Shown here: positions 27,170 to 35,227 of the stretch, piece after piece
Layout of the letters: every line of letters begins with the position of its first letter
Numbering within the stretch: position 1 is the stretch's first letter
NCBI GenBank assembly: GCA_913043225.1
Contig: CAJWLU010000005.1
Span: 1 to 64,000, forward strand
Origin: an uncultured Acidobacteriota bacterium
GTDB taxonomy: Bacteria > Acidobacteriota > Vicinamibacteria > Vicinamibacterales > UBA8438
Length of the DNA: 64,000 nt
Direction: 5' to 3'
Made by a program: the position numbers and the translations under genes
Notes under the pieces: generated by a model
Told to the model about the DNA's origin: nothing
The model's database searches: none
The model's input: only the letters and a program-made list of their open reading frames with translations

Positions 27170-28626
27170 GCGACGATGTCGCGGAACGCGTAGTGGTTCC
27201 AGCCGAACCGCTGACGCAACGCCAGCCCCCAGTCGAACCCACCCTGGACCTCACCGGCCAGCGCAAGGTTGAAGCTCGACGGAAAGACGCAGTGACCTTC
27301 GAACTCCTCGTTCCAAGACCCCACCGAGTAGATCGGCGCCGGGACCGCCGCCGTGCCGACGGCGCCCGCCCACTGCTCCACAAGGTAGCTCTCCTCGTGA
27401 TAGCGCGTAAGCAAACTGAGGTAATCCGCGTAGGCGGCCCGACTGGCGCTCAAGATCGGAAGTGCATGCTTCGCAAAGCCGCCGGCAAGACTTGGGATGA
27501 TCAGGATGCGGGAACCGCTGTGGCGGCTACGGATGCTGCGTATGGCCTTGGCCGCGCGCACCAGTCGACTGCGCTGCAGCGCGGCGTACGCCTCGTTCAT
27601 CTCGAACGCTTCCGCTTCGACCTTCAGGTTGGCGGCATGGTAGCTGAAGACCGCATCGAAATTTCGCGTCCGGCTGACCCGATGCGAGGGGGGCGAAGTC
27701 GTCGACGCGATCGACAGCAGCTCATCGCCGACCAGATACGGTTGGGTTCCGTAGACGCGAGCAAACTCGTCGCGCGCAACCCCGACAACATCAGCCATCC
27801 GATCGAACTCGAACTTGTCTGTCGAGTTAAGTCCCCAGGAATGGGAACCAAAGATGAAGATCACCGGCCGACCGTCGAGGAGGAACACCCGGGACGGGTA
27901 GCGGTCGCGTGCATCGACAAAGGTCTCGGCCATCGCGACGAAATCAGCTATCAAAAGCTGGCCAACCTGCCCATCCCGAAAGTCGATACGCCCCCCGGTT
28001 AACGGTAGCGCGATCGTGTTCTCGTACAGGAGCGCCAGGTAGCGCGTCGCGAGGTTGGTCGCCGAGAAGTAGCCCTCGTCGATATTCGGCAGGATCGTCG
28101 GCGTCACCCGCGGCGGGATCCAGCTGACCGCGTCGACGGTAACCCCGAGCTCATTCTTGAGTTCGTTGAATTCGGTCTCGATGGCTGGATTGTTGGAGAG
28201 GTAGTCGCCACCGAGATAGCGCACCGTCTGCTCCAGCAGCGGGCGCTTGAGCAGGTCGTACCACGAGTAATGCCAGGCGATAGTAATCGGCCTGGGCTCG
28301 ACCCACAAATCGCCCGCCGCACTGGCCGTCACGGCAGCGGCAACCGCATCGACCGACGCCTGATCCACCTCGCCACGACCGAAGACATCGGCCCGGAAGT
28401 CATAGCCGGCATTGGGCATGATCCGGTAGCCTCGCCCAGTCAGCGTAGCCTGGCGGGCAATCTCGAGATCGGCCGCATTAATTGCGCCGTCCCCATCGAG
28501 GTCGGCCAGGTAACTCCGCAGTAGTTCGGGCTCCTGAGCCCGACCGGTACCGAACGCCCCGAGACCAACCATCGCGGTGGCGCCCGCGCACAAAAACGAC
28601 CGTCGATCGAGATTCCGAGCCGGCAT
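27166..28626 (-). CDS. Tat-exported protein: dockerin/EF-hand-like domain plus GH99/GH71-like glycoside hydrolase
   Basis: DRRSFL Tat motif; DLDGDGAINAADL; AWHYSWY, DGRPVIFIF, SWNEEFEG. Confidence 0.6.
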   Translation of the reverse strand: MPARNLDRRSFLCAGATAMVGLGAFGTGRAQEPELLRSYLADLDGDGAINAADLEIARQATLTGRGYRIMPNAGYDFRADVFGRGEVDQASVDAVAAAVTASAAGDLWVEPRPITIAWHYSWYDLLKRPLLEQTVRYLGGDYLSNNPAIETEFNELKNELGVTVDAVSWIPPRVTPTILPNIDEGYFSATNLATRYLALLYENTIALPLTGGRIDFRDGQVGQLLIADFVAMAETFVDARDRYPSRVFLLDGRPVIFIFGSHSWGLNSTDKFEFDRMADVVGVARDEFARVYGTQPYLVGDELLSIASTTSPPSHRVSRTRNFDAVFSYHAANLKVEAEAFEMNEAYAALQRSRLVRAAKAIRSIRSRHSGSRILIIPSLAGGFAKHALPILSASRAAYADYLSLLTRYHEESYLVEQWAGAVGTAAVPAPIYSVGSWNEEFEGHCVFPSSFNLALAGEVQGGFDWGLALRQRFGWNHYAFRDIVA

Positions 28627-28779
28627 AATGTCCTGAGGACGCTGCTAGACCAGCGACGGTACAACAACCACCGTCGCGTCAACCCAGCCGCGAATGATAT
28701 CAAAGCCGCCTTACCGCGTCCCCTGGACCTCGCGCCCCCGAAGGGGACGAGATCTGGTGACCACCGGCCACGGTGGCCA

Positions 28780-29847
28780 ATGGAGAGCTGCATGATCCAC
28801 CACTCACGCCTTCATCCTTCTCGTCGCGATGCCCTCCGTGCGTTCGGCACCGCCGGCGCGGCCCTGGCCAGCGGTCAACTGTCTGCCGAGGCCAGGCAGC
28901 AGCAGTTCTCAACTGTTGACACGCCGTCGTTCCCGAGCGGGGCAGTCATCCGGACGCTCACCGGCGACGTCGCTCCAACCACCCTCTCCACCGGCGCCAC
29001 GCTTTTTCACGAACACGTCGGACGTAGCGACGTCGAGCTCGCGCTGGAAGAGCTCCGGCAGTGCGCGTTCAACGGCCTTGGATGCATCGTAGACGCCGCA
29101 ACGGGACGCCGTACCCTCGAGCAACGCGAGGCACTCAACCGTATCGCCAGTCAGACCGACGTGCGCATCGTCGCTGCCGGAAGCTACTTCCAAGATATCG
29201 GGTTCGCCCTCTATCCTGTTCGAGTTGCCGAGATGAGCGAGGACGCGCTGGTCGACGAGCTTGTCGCCGACGCCGCCGCTCAGCGCTGGGGCGCCTTTGG
29301 TGAGATCGCTTCCTCCTTGGAGATGCGCCCCGACGAGCGGAAGGTGCACCGGGCGGTCGCCCGCGCCCACCGGCAGACCGGTCTGCCGATCTTCACTCAC
29401 ACGCCGCACGAAAGCTGTCCGAGCTGCGCAATCGATCAATTGGACATCATCGACGAAATCGGCATCGACCCGGCCCACGTGGTCATCGGGCACATGGCCA
29501 CGCTCAAGCCCGAACACGATCCGCTCGCGACCCATCGACGGATCGCGGAACGGGGCGCCTTTATAGGGCTCGATACCGTCGGCCACGAGATGACTCGGTC
29601 GGACATCCCGGCGACTGCCAAGGTGCGGATGGTGCAGGACCTGCTGGATGCCGGACTAGAAGACCATATCCTGCTCTCCTCCGACCAGGGCAACCTCAGG
29701 CAGTTCAACCGGTACTACGGCCACGGGTGGGCAACTGTATTAATGCAATTCGTGCCGAAACTGCGCTACGCCGGAGTACCGGAAACGATGATCAACAAGA
29801 TCCTCGTCGACAACCCACGTCGGTTCCTGGCGTTCGTCCCACGCTAG
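28780..29847 (+). CDS. Phosphotriesterase-related (PTE/PHP) amidohydrolase with Tat signal
   Basis: SRRDAL; FHEH, IFTH, VIGH, LSSD, ILVDNPRRFL. Confidence 0.85.
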   Translation: MESCMIHHSRLHPSRRDALRAFGTAGAALASGQLSAEARQQQFSTVDTPSFPSGAVIRTLTGDVAPTTLSTGATLFHEHVGRSDVELALEELRQCAFNGLGCIVDAATGRRTLEQREALNRIASQTDVRIVAAGSYFQDIGFALYPVRVAEMSEDALVDELVADAAAQRWGAFGEIASSLEMRPDERKVHRAVARAHRQTGLPIFTHTPHESCPSCAIDQLDIIDEIGIDPAHVVIGHMATLKPEHDPLATHRRIAERGAFIGLDTVGHEMTRSDIPATAKVRMVQDLLDAGLEDHILLSSDQGNLRQFNRYYGHGWATVLMQFVPKLRYAGVPETMINKILVDNPRRFLAFVPR

Positions 29848-29853
29848 ATCCGG

Positions 29854-30630
29854 CTAGCGAGGTGGGTACCAGGCGACGTCTCGAAGCTCGATGTCCTCGC
29901 CCTCGAGCGCCTCGCGAAGGGCCAGGATCGTACCCGGCGTGTTCTGTCGGTCAGGCGGAGGTGTACCCTCGCGGCTTCCCAGCCAGCTCGCGAAGGTCTG
30001 GTCGTAGTGGTTGAGATACACGATTGAAGGCCGGAAAGTCTTCAGACACTCGGCCACCGGCCGCGGCCGCATGCGATCGACGGGCAGGTTCATCGGCATG
30101 AACGCGACGTCGATGTCTTCGAGCGCCTGAATCTCAGGCACACACTCGCCGACGCCAGCCAAGAAGAGGCGCGTCCCTCCCAGCGTCACCACATAGCCGT
30201 TCGCCTCGCCCTTGGGATGGAACGGGCTGCCAGGTGTCATGTCATACGCGCCGACGGCCTCGATCGGTACTCCGACCACCGTCGCCCGTTCACCGTTGGC
30301 CATGACCGTGCCCTCGTCGAAGCGGCGGGCAGCCGCAGCCGTGAGCACCACCGGAGCGCCCATCTTGCGGAGTTCGGCGATGGCCTCGACGTCAAGGTGA
30401 TGGCCGGGATCATCGGTCACCAGAATTAGGTCGGCCTGCTTGGCATCGGACAGATCAGCCGCGCTCCACGGGTCTACCTGGATCACCAGCTCGTCGTACT
30501 CGATTTGGACGCTCGCATGCATCAGCGGGGTCACAACAATATTCCCGCCTTCCGCTGGTACTGTCGAAGACTGGGCCGCGGCCGTCGACACCATCGCCAC
30601 CACGCCGAGCGCCGTAACCCAGAGCCGCAT
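29854..30630 (-). CDS. Secreted MBL-fold metallo-hydrolase (UlaG-like), degenerate metal motif
   Basis: HASVQIE, VDPW, ADLILVTDDPGHH, FHPKGEANGY, MPMNLP. Confidence 0.7.
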   Translation of the reverse strand: MRLWVTALGVVAMVSTAAAQSSTVPAEGGNIVVTPLMHASVQIEYDELVIQVDPWSAADLSDAKQADLILVTDDPGHHLDVEAIAELRKMGAPVVLTAAAARRFDEGTVMANGERATVVGVPIEAVGAYDMTPGSPFHPKGEANGYVVTLGGTRLFLAGVGECVPEIQALEDIDVAFMPMNLPVDRMRPRPVAECLKTFRPSIVYLNHYDQTFASWLGSREGTPPPDRQNTPGTILALREALEGEDIELRDVAWYPPR

Positions 30631-30740
30631 CCGTCTCCCCCTGTCGTCTAGCCGTCCAACCCGTCGCAATCGTGCCCGCGCCCCCGCCTGCCACCAAGCA
30701 TTCTCGTCCATCTCAGCCCTCTCGACCCCGGCCGACGTGG

Positions 30741-31748
30741 TTAGCGCCCATTATCGGCGGCGCGGGCGCCAGTCAGGGCGTTGACCATGCCGTAGTTCCC
30801 CTCGTGACAGGCGTACTCGTAGACGAGCTCGCTCGACAAACGCATCGGCAAGGCGACGGTGAAAGGAGCGGTGAAGACCGACGGGTCGCTGACGGTATAT
30901 TCGTACAACAACGTGTCGGCACTCACCCGCGTGAACCGTTCGGTGAGCAGCAGGGTGTCACCGGCACCCAAAGCCACCAGCGCGTTCGGCTCGAAACTCG
31001 CCCGCTGGTCGGAAAAGTGGTCCGTCTCGACCACCAGCGTGTCCCCCTCCCAGTGCCCGCGGGAGTTCCCGGCCCACTGCGGCACTCTATCGGGAGAACG
31101 CGGCGCGTCATCGAGCGGGATCATGCGCACGTCATGCACCATCTCGTTCAGGATGGCCACGTGAGCGCCGGTCTGGAACAGCTGCATGTTGTTGTTGTAA
31201 GCGCTCGGCATCATCGGAGGACCCGAGTTAAAGCCGACCAGACACCGCTCGGCCAGACCACGGTCCTCCGGCCCATCTGCACCTATGCCAGCTGAGCGAA
31301 CCCGCCACGGAAGCTCACCCGGGAGGTCTTCGTCAAGTGATCCGACTTGCCGCTGCACGCCCTCGACGAGTGCGGGTAGCCGCCCTGTGTCCGGGTCGAC
31401 AATGAGGGACGTCCGCCGGTCGTCGGTCACGTTGGTGCCGAAATCCAGCCAGAACGCGTTGTAGGCACCAACGCTTCCCTCGACTGGGCGCCGATCAGCC
31501 GCTTGCTGGGCGGCAGCCGCGCCGGCTTCAAACGCCGCCGCCTGTTCCTCGGTGAGCCGCTCTCCCATCCCCTGCGGACGCTCGAGCGGCGTCGCAGTCC
31601 GGAAGTCCCAGACCCCCTGCAGATCCGGCCGGCCATCGGCCAGCCGAGGCACGCCATCTCCCTCCTGCGCCGGTGCCATGCCCGCAGCCAACACCGCAAA
31701 CACGAATCCGGCTACGACGTGATTCCGATCAATCACCCCACCCTCCAT
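30741..31748 (-). CDS. Secreted uncharacterised protein, EYACHEGN family paralog 2
   Basis: GRPDLQGVW, ERCLVG, NEMVH, HWEGDTLVVET, YEYACHEGNY. Confidence 0.8.
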   Translation of the reverse strand: MEGGVIDRNHVVAGFVFAVLAAGMAPAQEGDGVPRLADGRPDLQGVWDFRTATPLERPQGMGERLTEEQAAAFEAGAAAAQQAADRRPVEGSVGAYNAFWLDFGTNVTDDRRTSLIVDPDTGRLPALVEGVQRQVGSLDEDLPGELPWRVRSAGIGADGPEDRGLAERCLVGFNSGPPMMPSAYNNNMQLFQTGAHVAILNEMVHDVRMIPLDDAPRSPDRVPQWAGNSRGHWEGDTLVVETDHFSDQRASFEPNALVALGAGDTLLLTERFTRVSADTLLYEYTVSDPSVFTAPFTVALPMRLSSELVYEYACHEGNYGMVNALTGARAADNGR

Positions 31749-31790
31749 GATTCGAGTATTTGATCCATCTTACACCCGGCCCCGGCCCGC

Positions 31791-32549
31791 TCACCTCAGT
31801 GAGGGAGTCGGTCCGAACACATCGTAGAGCAGCTTGACGCCGATGAGCAGCAGGCCGATGTGTACCGTCAGGAAGAAGAGGCGGTCGTCGACTCGGTCAT
31901 GCAGCCGACGGCCCACCCAGACGCCAAGCGGCGCCAGCGGCAAGAGAACCGCGGAGGTCACGAGATTGTCGGTCGTCCACTGCCCCAGCCAGGCGTACGG
32001 GCCAACCTTCGACCAGTTCACGACGAAGAAGAAAACGACACTCGTTGCCTGAAACCTCGTGCGGGCCATCGCCTGTGGCAGCAGATACGCCTGGAGCGGG
32101 GGGCCACCGGCGTGGACTGAGAAACTCGTAAACGCCGACAGAGCGCCCCAGACGCTGCCAGCCAGCGGCTCGGCGGAACGTGGCTCCGGCTGGGTGGCGC
32201 TGAAGTGCCGGACCGCGTAGACCAGCGCGATCGCGGCCACCATCACGCGTAATCCGTCGGGCGACAGGACCCCGGCAGTGAGAAAACCGATCAGGGTGCC
32301 GACCAGCGAGGCGGGGAGCAACACCCGTAGATTGGCCACGTCCCAGCGGCCCCAGTAAGCGCGCAGGGCCAGCACATCCATCACCATCAGAATGGGCAGC
32401 AGCACTGCGGCGGCCTGGACGGGACTAACCGTCATCGCCATCAAGGGCACCCCAACTACGGCGATCCCGCCGCCGAGACCGCCCTTGGCGATCCCGACGA
32501 TGAGCACCGCCACGACCGCCGTCACGTAAAACCAGGGGTCGTCGATCAC
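31791..32549 (-). CDS. Sulfite exporter TauE/SafE family membrane protein
   Basis: GTG overlapping the upstream stop; AKGGLGGG, HAGGPP; about 8 hydrophobic segments. Confidence 0.88.
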   Translation of the reverse strand: MIDDPWFYVTAVVAVLIVGIAKGGLGGGIAVVGVPLMAMTVSPVQAAAVLLPILMVMDVLALRAYWGRWDVANLRVLLPASLVGTLIGFLTAGVLSPDGLRVMVAAIALVYAVRHFSATQPEPRSAEPLAGSVWGALSAFTSFSVHAGGPPLQAYLLPQAMARTRFQATSVVFFFVVNWSKVGPYAWLGQWTTDNLVTSAVLLPLAPLGVWVGRRLHDRVDDRLFFLTVHIGLLLIGVKLLYDVFGPTPSLR

Positions 32550-34000
32550 TCGACTTCGATAAAGACTGGGTTCGAGTAAAACCAGAGGTCCAGCCAAGGC
32601 GATTCGCCAGGCGGATCAGGCGCCGGCTCCAATTCGGTCGTGCTGGTGCCCCTGACCCTCAGGAAGACACCGTGCGCTCCCGCCGACACCCGGGTCGTCA
32701 TGGTAACGACCTCACCCGACCGACTCCAGGAGCCTGGACCAAAACGCTCCACCACCCGGGCGGTGGGGTTGCGGTCGACCCGTTGGTCGGCCAGCGGCGC
32801 ATGCAGTCGCCCCACGATCAGGTCCACCCGGGCGACCGCCGGGTTCTCACCAGCCGCGTTGACCGCCTCCGGGTCACGGAACCGGATCGTCACATCGACA
32901 GAGGTTCCCGCCGCAACGCTGAGCGCACCGCCCGCTCCGGCCTGCTCACCCGCAGCGGACGCCGAGAGGTCGAGCTCGGACACTAGATCGCCAGCCACCG
33001 CGAAGATCCGACCCTCCCGTAGACCGTCGAGCACATCGTCGTAGGTCGGCAACGCCTTGACGTAGGTTTTCTGATACTCACCTGGCCAGAAATCAGCGCC
33101 TTGCTGCACGGGATCGGCGTAGTGCACGTGTGAGTCGGAAGTCGCCACGATCCAGAACCGGCGTCCCTCCCCGAGCAGACTGTCCCACAAGCCGCCGACG
33201 ATTGCCGTCATCTGGTCGAACCCGCCCCGAGTGGGTGACGCCCGATAAACACCACGCACGCCTAGCCGTCCGGAACGACCGCGGCGCCCTGGCGTCCCGT
33301 CCGGCTGCAGGGTAGCCGCCTGGTGCCCAGGGGCGCCCTCCATGCCCCGATACACCCGGGGAGCCAGATCCGAGTTCTGACGTAGTTCCTCGGGACTATC
33401 GAGCCCGTAGATACCAACACCGCTGGCCGACCGCGAGGGGTGATTGGCGAACATCAGAGGCAAGGAACTCAGGCCACTGACATGCTGCAAGAGACGGCGG
33501 CGGGCTGGCGCGCCACGCCGAGTGGGATCCGGGGGCAGTTCCCATCCCTCGTTCTGATCGAACCCTGCCTCGATCTCACGAAGGATCTCGGCTTCATCCT
33601 CCACCCTCGGGATAATCAGAGTGTGGTGGTCCATGCCAGGCATGTTGAGTTCCATGCCGTAGAACTGCAAAACCTCGGGGATGAGCCTGCGCGACAGTTG
33701 CAGCTCTCGATAGGCCTGGCCGAAGTTGAGCTGCGAGTGGTTGGGCCCGCCGTGGTCGGTCGTGACCATCCAGTTCAGCCCGTGCTCTCGGGCCATAGCG
33801 GCATTACGCGGCGTGGAGTAGATCGCGTCGAGCCCCTTTAGCGGCACCGGCGGACTCTGCCGTCGGTCGTAACCGGGGCTCCAATGACTGTGGATATGAG
33901 AGTCGCCGGCGAGCCAGGTCCGCACCTCGGGCGACGGCGCACACATGGCGACGCCGCCAAAAGCGATTAGTACACCCAGCCACCCTCCCCGTGTGCTCAT
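32546..34000 (-). CDS. Secreted PHP-domain metallophosphoesterase (CehA/McbA-like)
   Basis: GDSHIHS, TDH, ANHP, SDSH, FYSNPVF. Confidence 0.8.
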   Translation of the reverse strand: MSTRGGWLGVLIAFGGVAMCAPSPEVRTWLAGDSHIHSHWSPGYDRRQSPPVPLKGLDAIYSTPRNAAMAREHGLNWMVTTDHGGPNHSQLNFGQAYRELQLSRRLIPEVLQFYGMELNMPGMDHHTLIIPRVEDEAEILREIEAGFDQNEGWELPPDPTRRGAPARRRLLQHVSGLSSLPLMFANHPSRSASGVGIYGLDSPEELRQNSDLAPRVYRGMEGAPGHQAATLQPDGTPGRRGRSGRLGVRGVYRASPTRGGFDQMTAIVGGLWDSLLGEGRRFWIVATSDSHVHYADPVQQGADFWPGEYQKTYVKALPTYDDVLDGLREGRIFAVAGDLVSELDLSASAAGEQAGAGGALSVAAGTSVDVTIRFRDPEAVNAAGENPAVARVDLIVGRLHAPLADQRVDRNPTARVVERFGPGSWSRSGEVVTMTTRVSAGAHGVFLRVRGTSTTELEPAPDPPGESPWLDLWFYSNPVFIEVE

Positions 34001-34064
34001 CGGTCCCTCCAAGCCTCGCCCGGCCAGCTCCGCCGCCAACTCGACTAACTCGGTGCTGACGAAC

Positions 34065-35084
34065 TCAGCGGGACTCCGCCCCACCCTCAGCGGCGAGGCG
34101 ATCCGCCCGTCTTGCGCCGCGCATCGTATTCACCATGCCGTAGTTCCCCTCGTGGCAGGTGTACTCGAAGAGGGGACCTTCGGCCCGCATCATCGGCATC
34201 TCCGCGCTCCAACTCCGGTCCCACGTCGCGGAATCCTCAACGGTGAACTCGTACAAGATGGTGTCGGCGTCTTGCCGAGTGAATCGTTCGACGACGTGCA
34301 GTTCGTCGCCAGACCCCTGAAAACCGGTCTTGGTCGTGAAGTTCGTCGTATCGACCACCAGGGTGTCACCCTCCCAACGGCCAACCGAATGTCCGGGCCA
34401 CTGGCGGATACGATCCGAGATATGAGGACGGCCGTCAGTGGGAATGATTCGGGGCGGGTTGTTAGCCATCTCCGGGAACAACACGACATACCCAGGTGCC
34501 TGGAAGATCAGATACAGGTCGTTGTACGGGGGTGGGATCATGGGCGGCCCTTCGTGGTTCCACACCAGACACCGCTCCTGCGCCGGCCGGTTCAGGTAAC
34601 TGTCGTAGCCACGGGCGGCACGTCTCACCTCTCCGCGGGCCCGACCGGACTCGTTCTGCGGCGGAATGCGCCCATCTGTCGGATCGACGATCAGCGAGGT
34701 GCGGGTACTCGAAAGCCCTTTAGGCACCTCGGTTCGCAGCCACTGCTCGTTGTTGTAGTGGGTGGGATCGGCCTGCGTCGTGGCGGCCACTTGACGCTCA
34801 GGGTCACCTGAGAGGATGTCAGAGAATGCCCGGCCACGGAGCGGGTCTACGCCCTCGGCGGTCAAGACCTCCATCAGGGCGGCCATCTCCTCGTCGGTAA
34901 GGAACTCCCGCTCACCGAGATGTTCCGGCCGTTGCAGGGGAGTGAAGGTCTGTGTCGTCCAGATCCCCTGGAGATCAGGGCTGCCGTCGACCATGCGCGG
35001 CATCGTCCAGACGCCCCCGCGCTCCTGCGCCGCCACCGGAGTCACGGCCCACACCAACGCCGCTACCGCTACGACCTGTCTCAT
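34065..35084 (-). CDS. Secreted uncharacterised protein, EYACHEGN family paralog 3
   Basis: GSPDLQGIW, ERCLVW, RWEGDTLVVDT, FEYTCHEGNY. Confidence 0.8.
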   Translation of the reverse strand: MRQVVAVAALVWAVTPVAAQERGGVWTMPRMVDGSPDLQGIWTTQTFTPLQRPEHLGEREFLTDEEMAALMEVLTAEGVDPLRGRAFSDILSGDPERQVAATTQADPTHYNNEQWLRTEVPKGLSSTRTSLIVDPTDGRIPPQNESGRARGEVRRAARGYDSYLNRPAQERCLVWNHEGPPMIPPPYNDLYLIFQAPGYVVLFPEMANNPPRIIPTDGRPHISDRIRQWPGHSVGRWEGDTLVVDTTNFTTKTGFQGSGDELHVVERFTRQDADTILYEFTVEDSATWDRSWSAEMPMMRAEGPLFEYTCHEGNYGMVNTMRGARRADRLAAEGGAESR

Positions 35085-35125
35085 TCGACCGCCCTCCAGG
35101 CACTTGCCGCCACGGATCCGGGCCG

Positions 35126-35131
35126 ATTATA
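35126..35131 (-). promoter_or_regulatory. Putative sigma70 -10 box (TATAAT)
   Basis: GGTATAATC on the minus strand, about 40 nt upstream of paralog 3. Confidence 0.4.
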
Positions 35132-35227
35132 CCGGAGGGGTGGTAACATGAGGGACAGCTCACCGAGGTGGGCACGTAGGGCCGCGGCCGCGGCCCTCAG
35201 CCGCTCTCCCCGGGCACGCGACCACCG

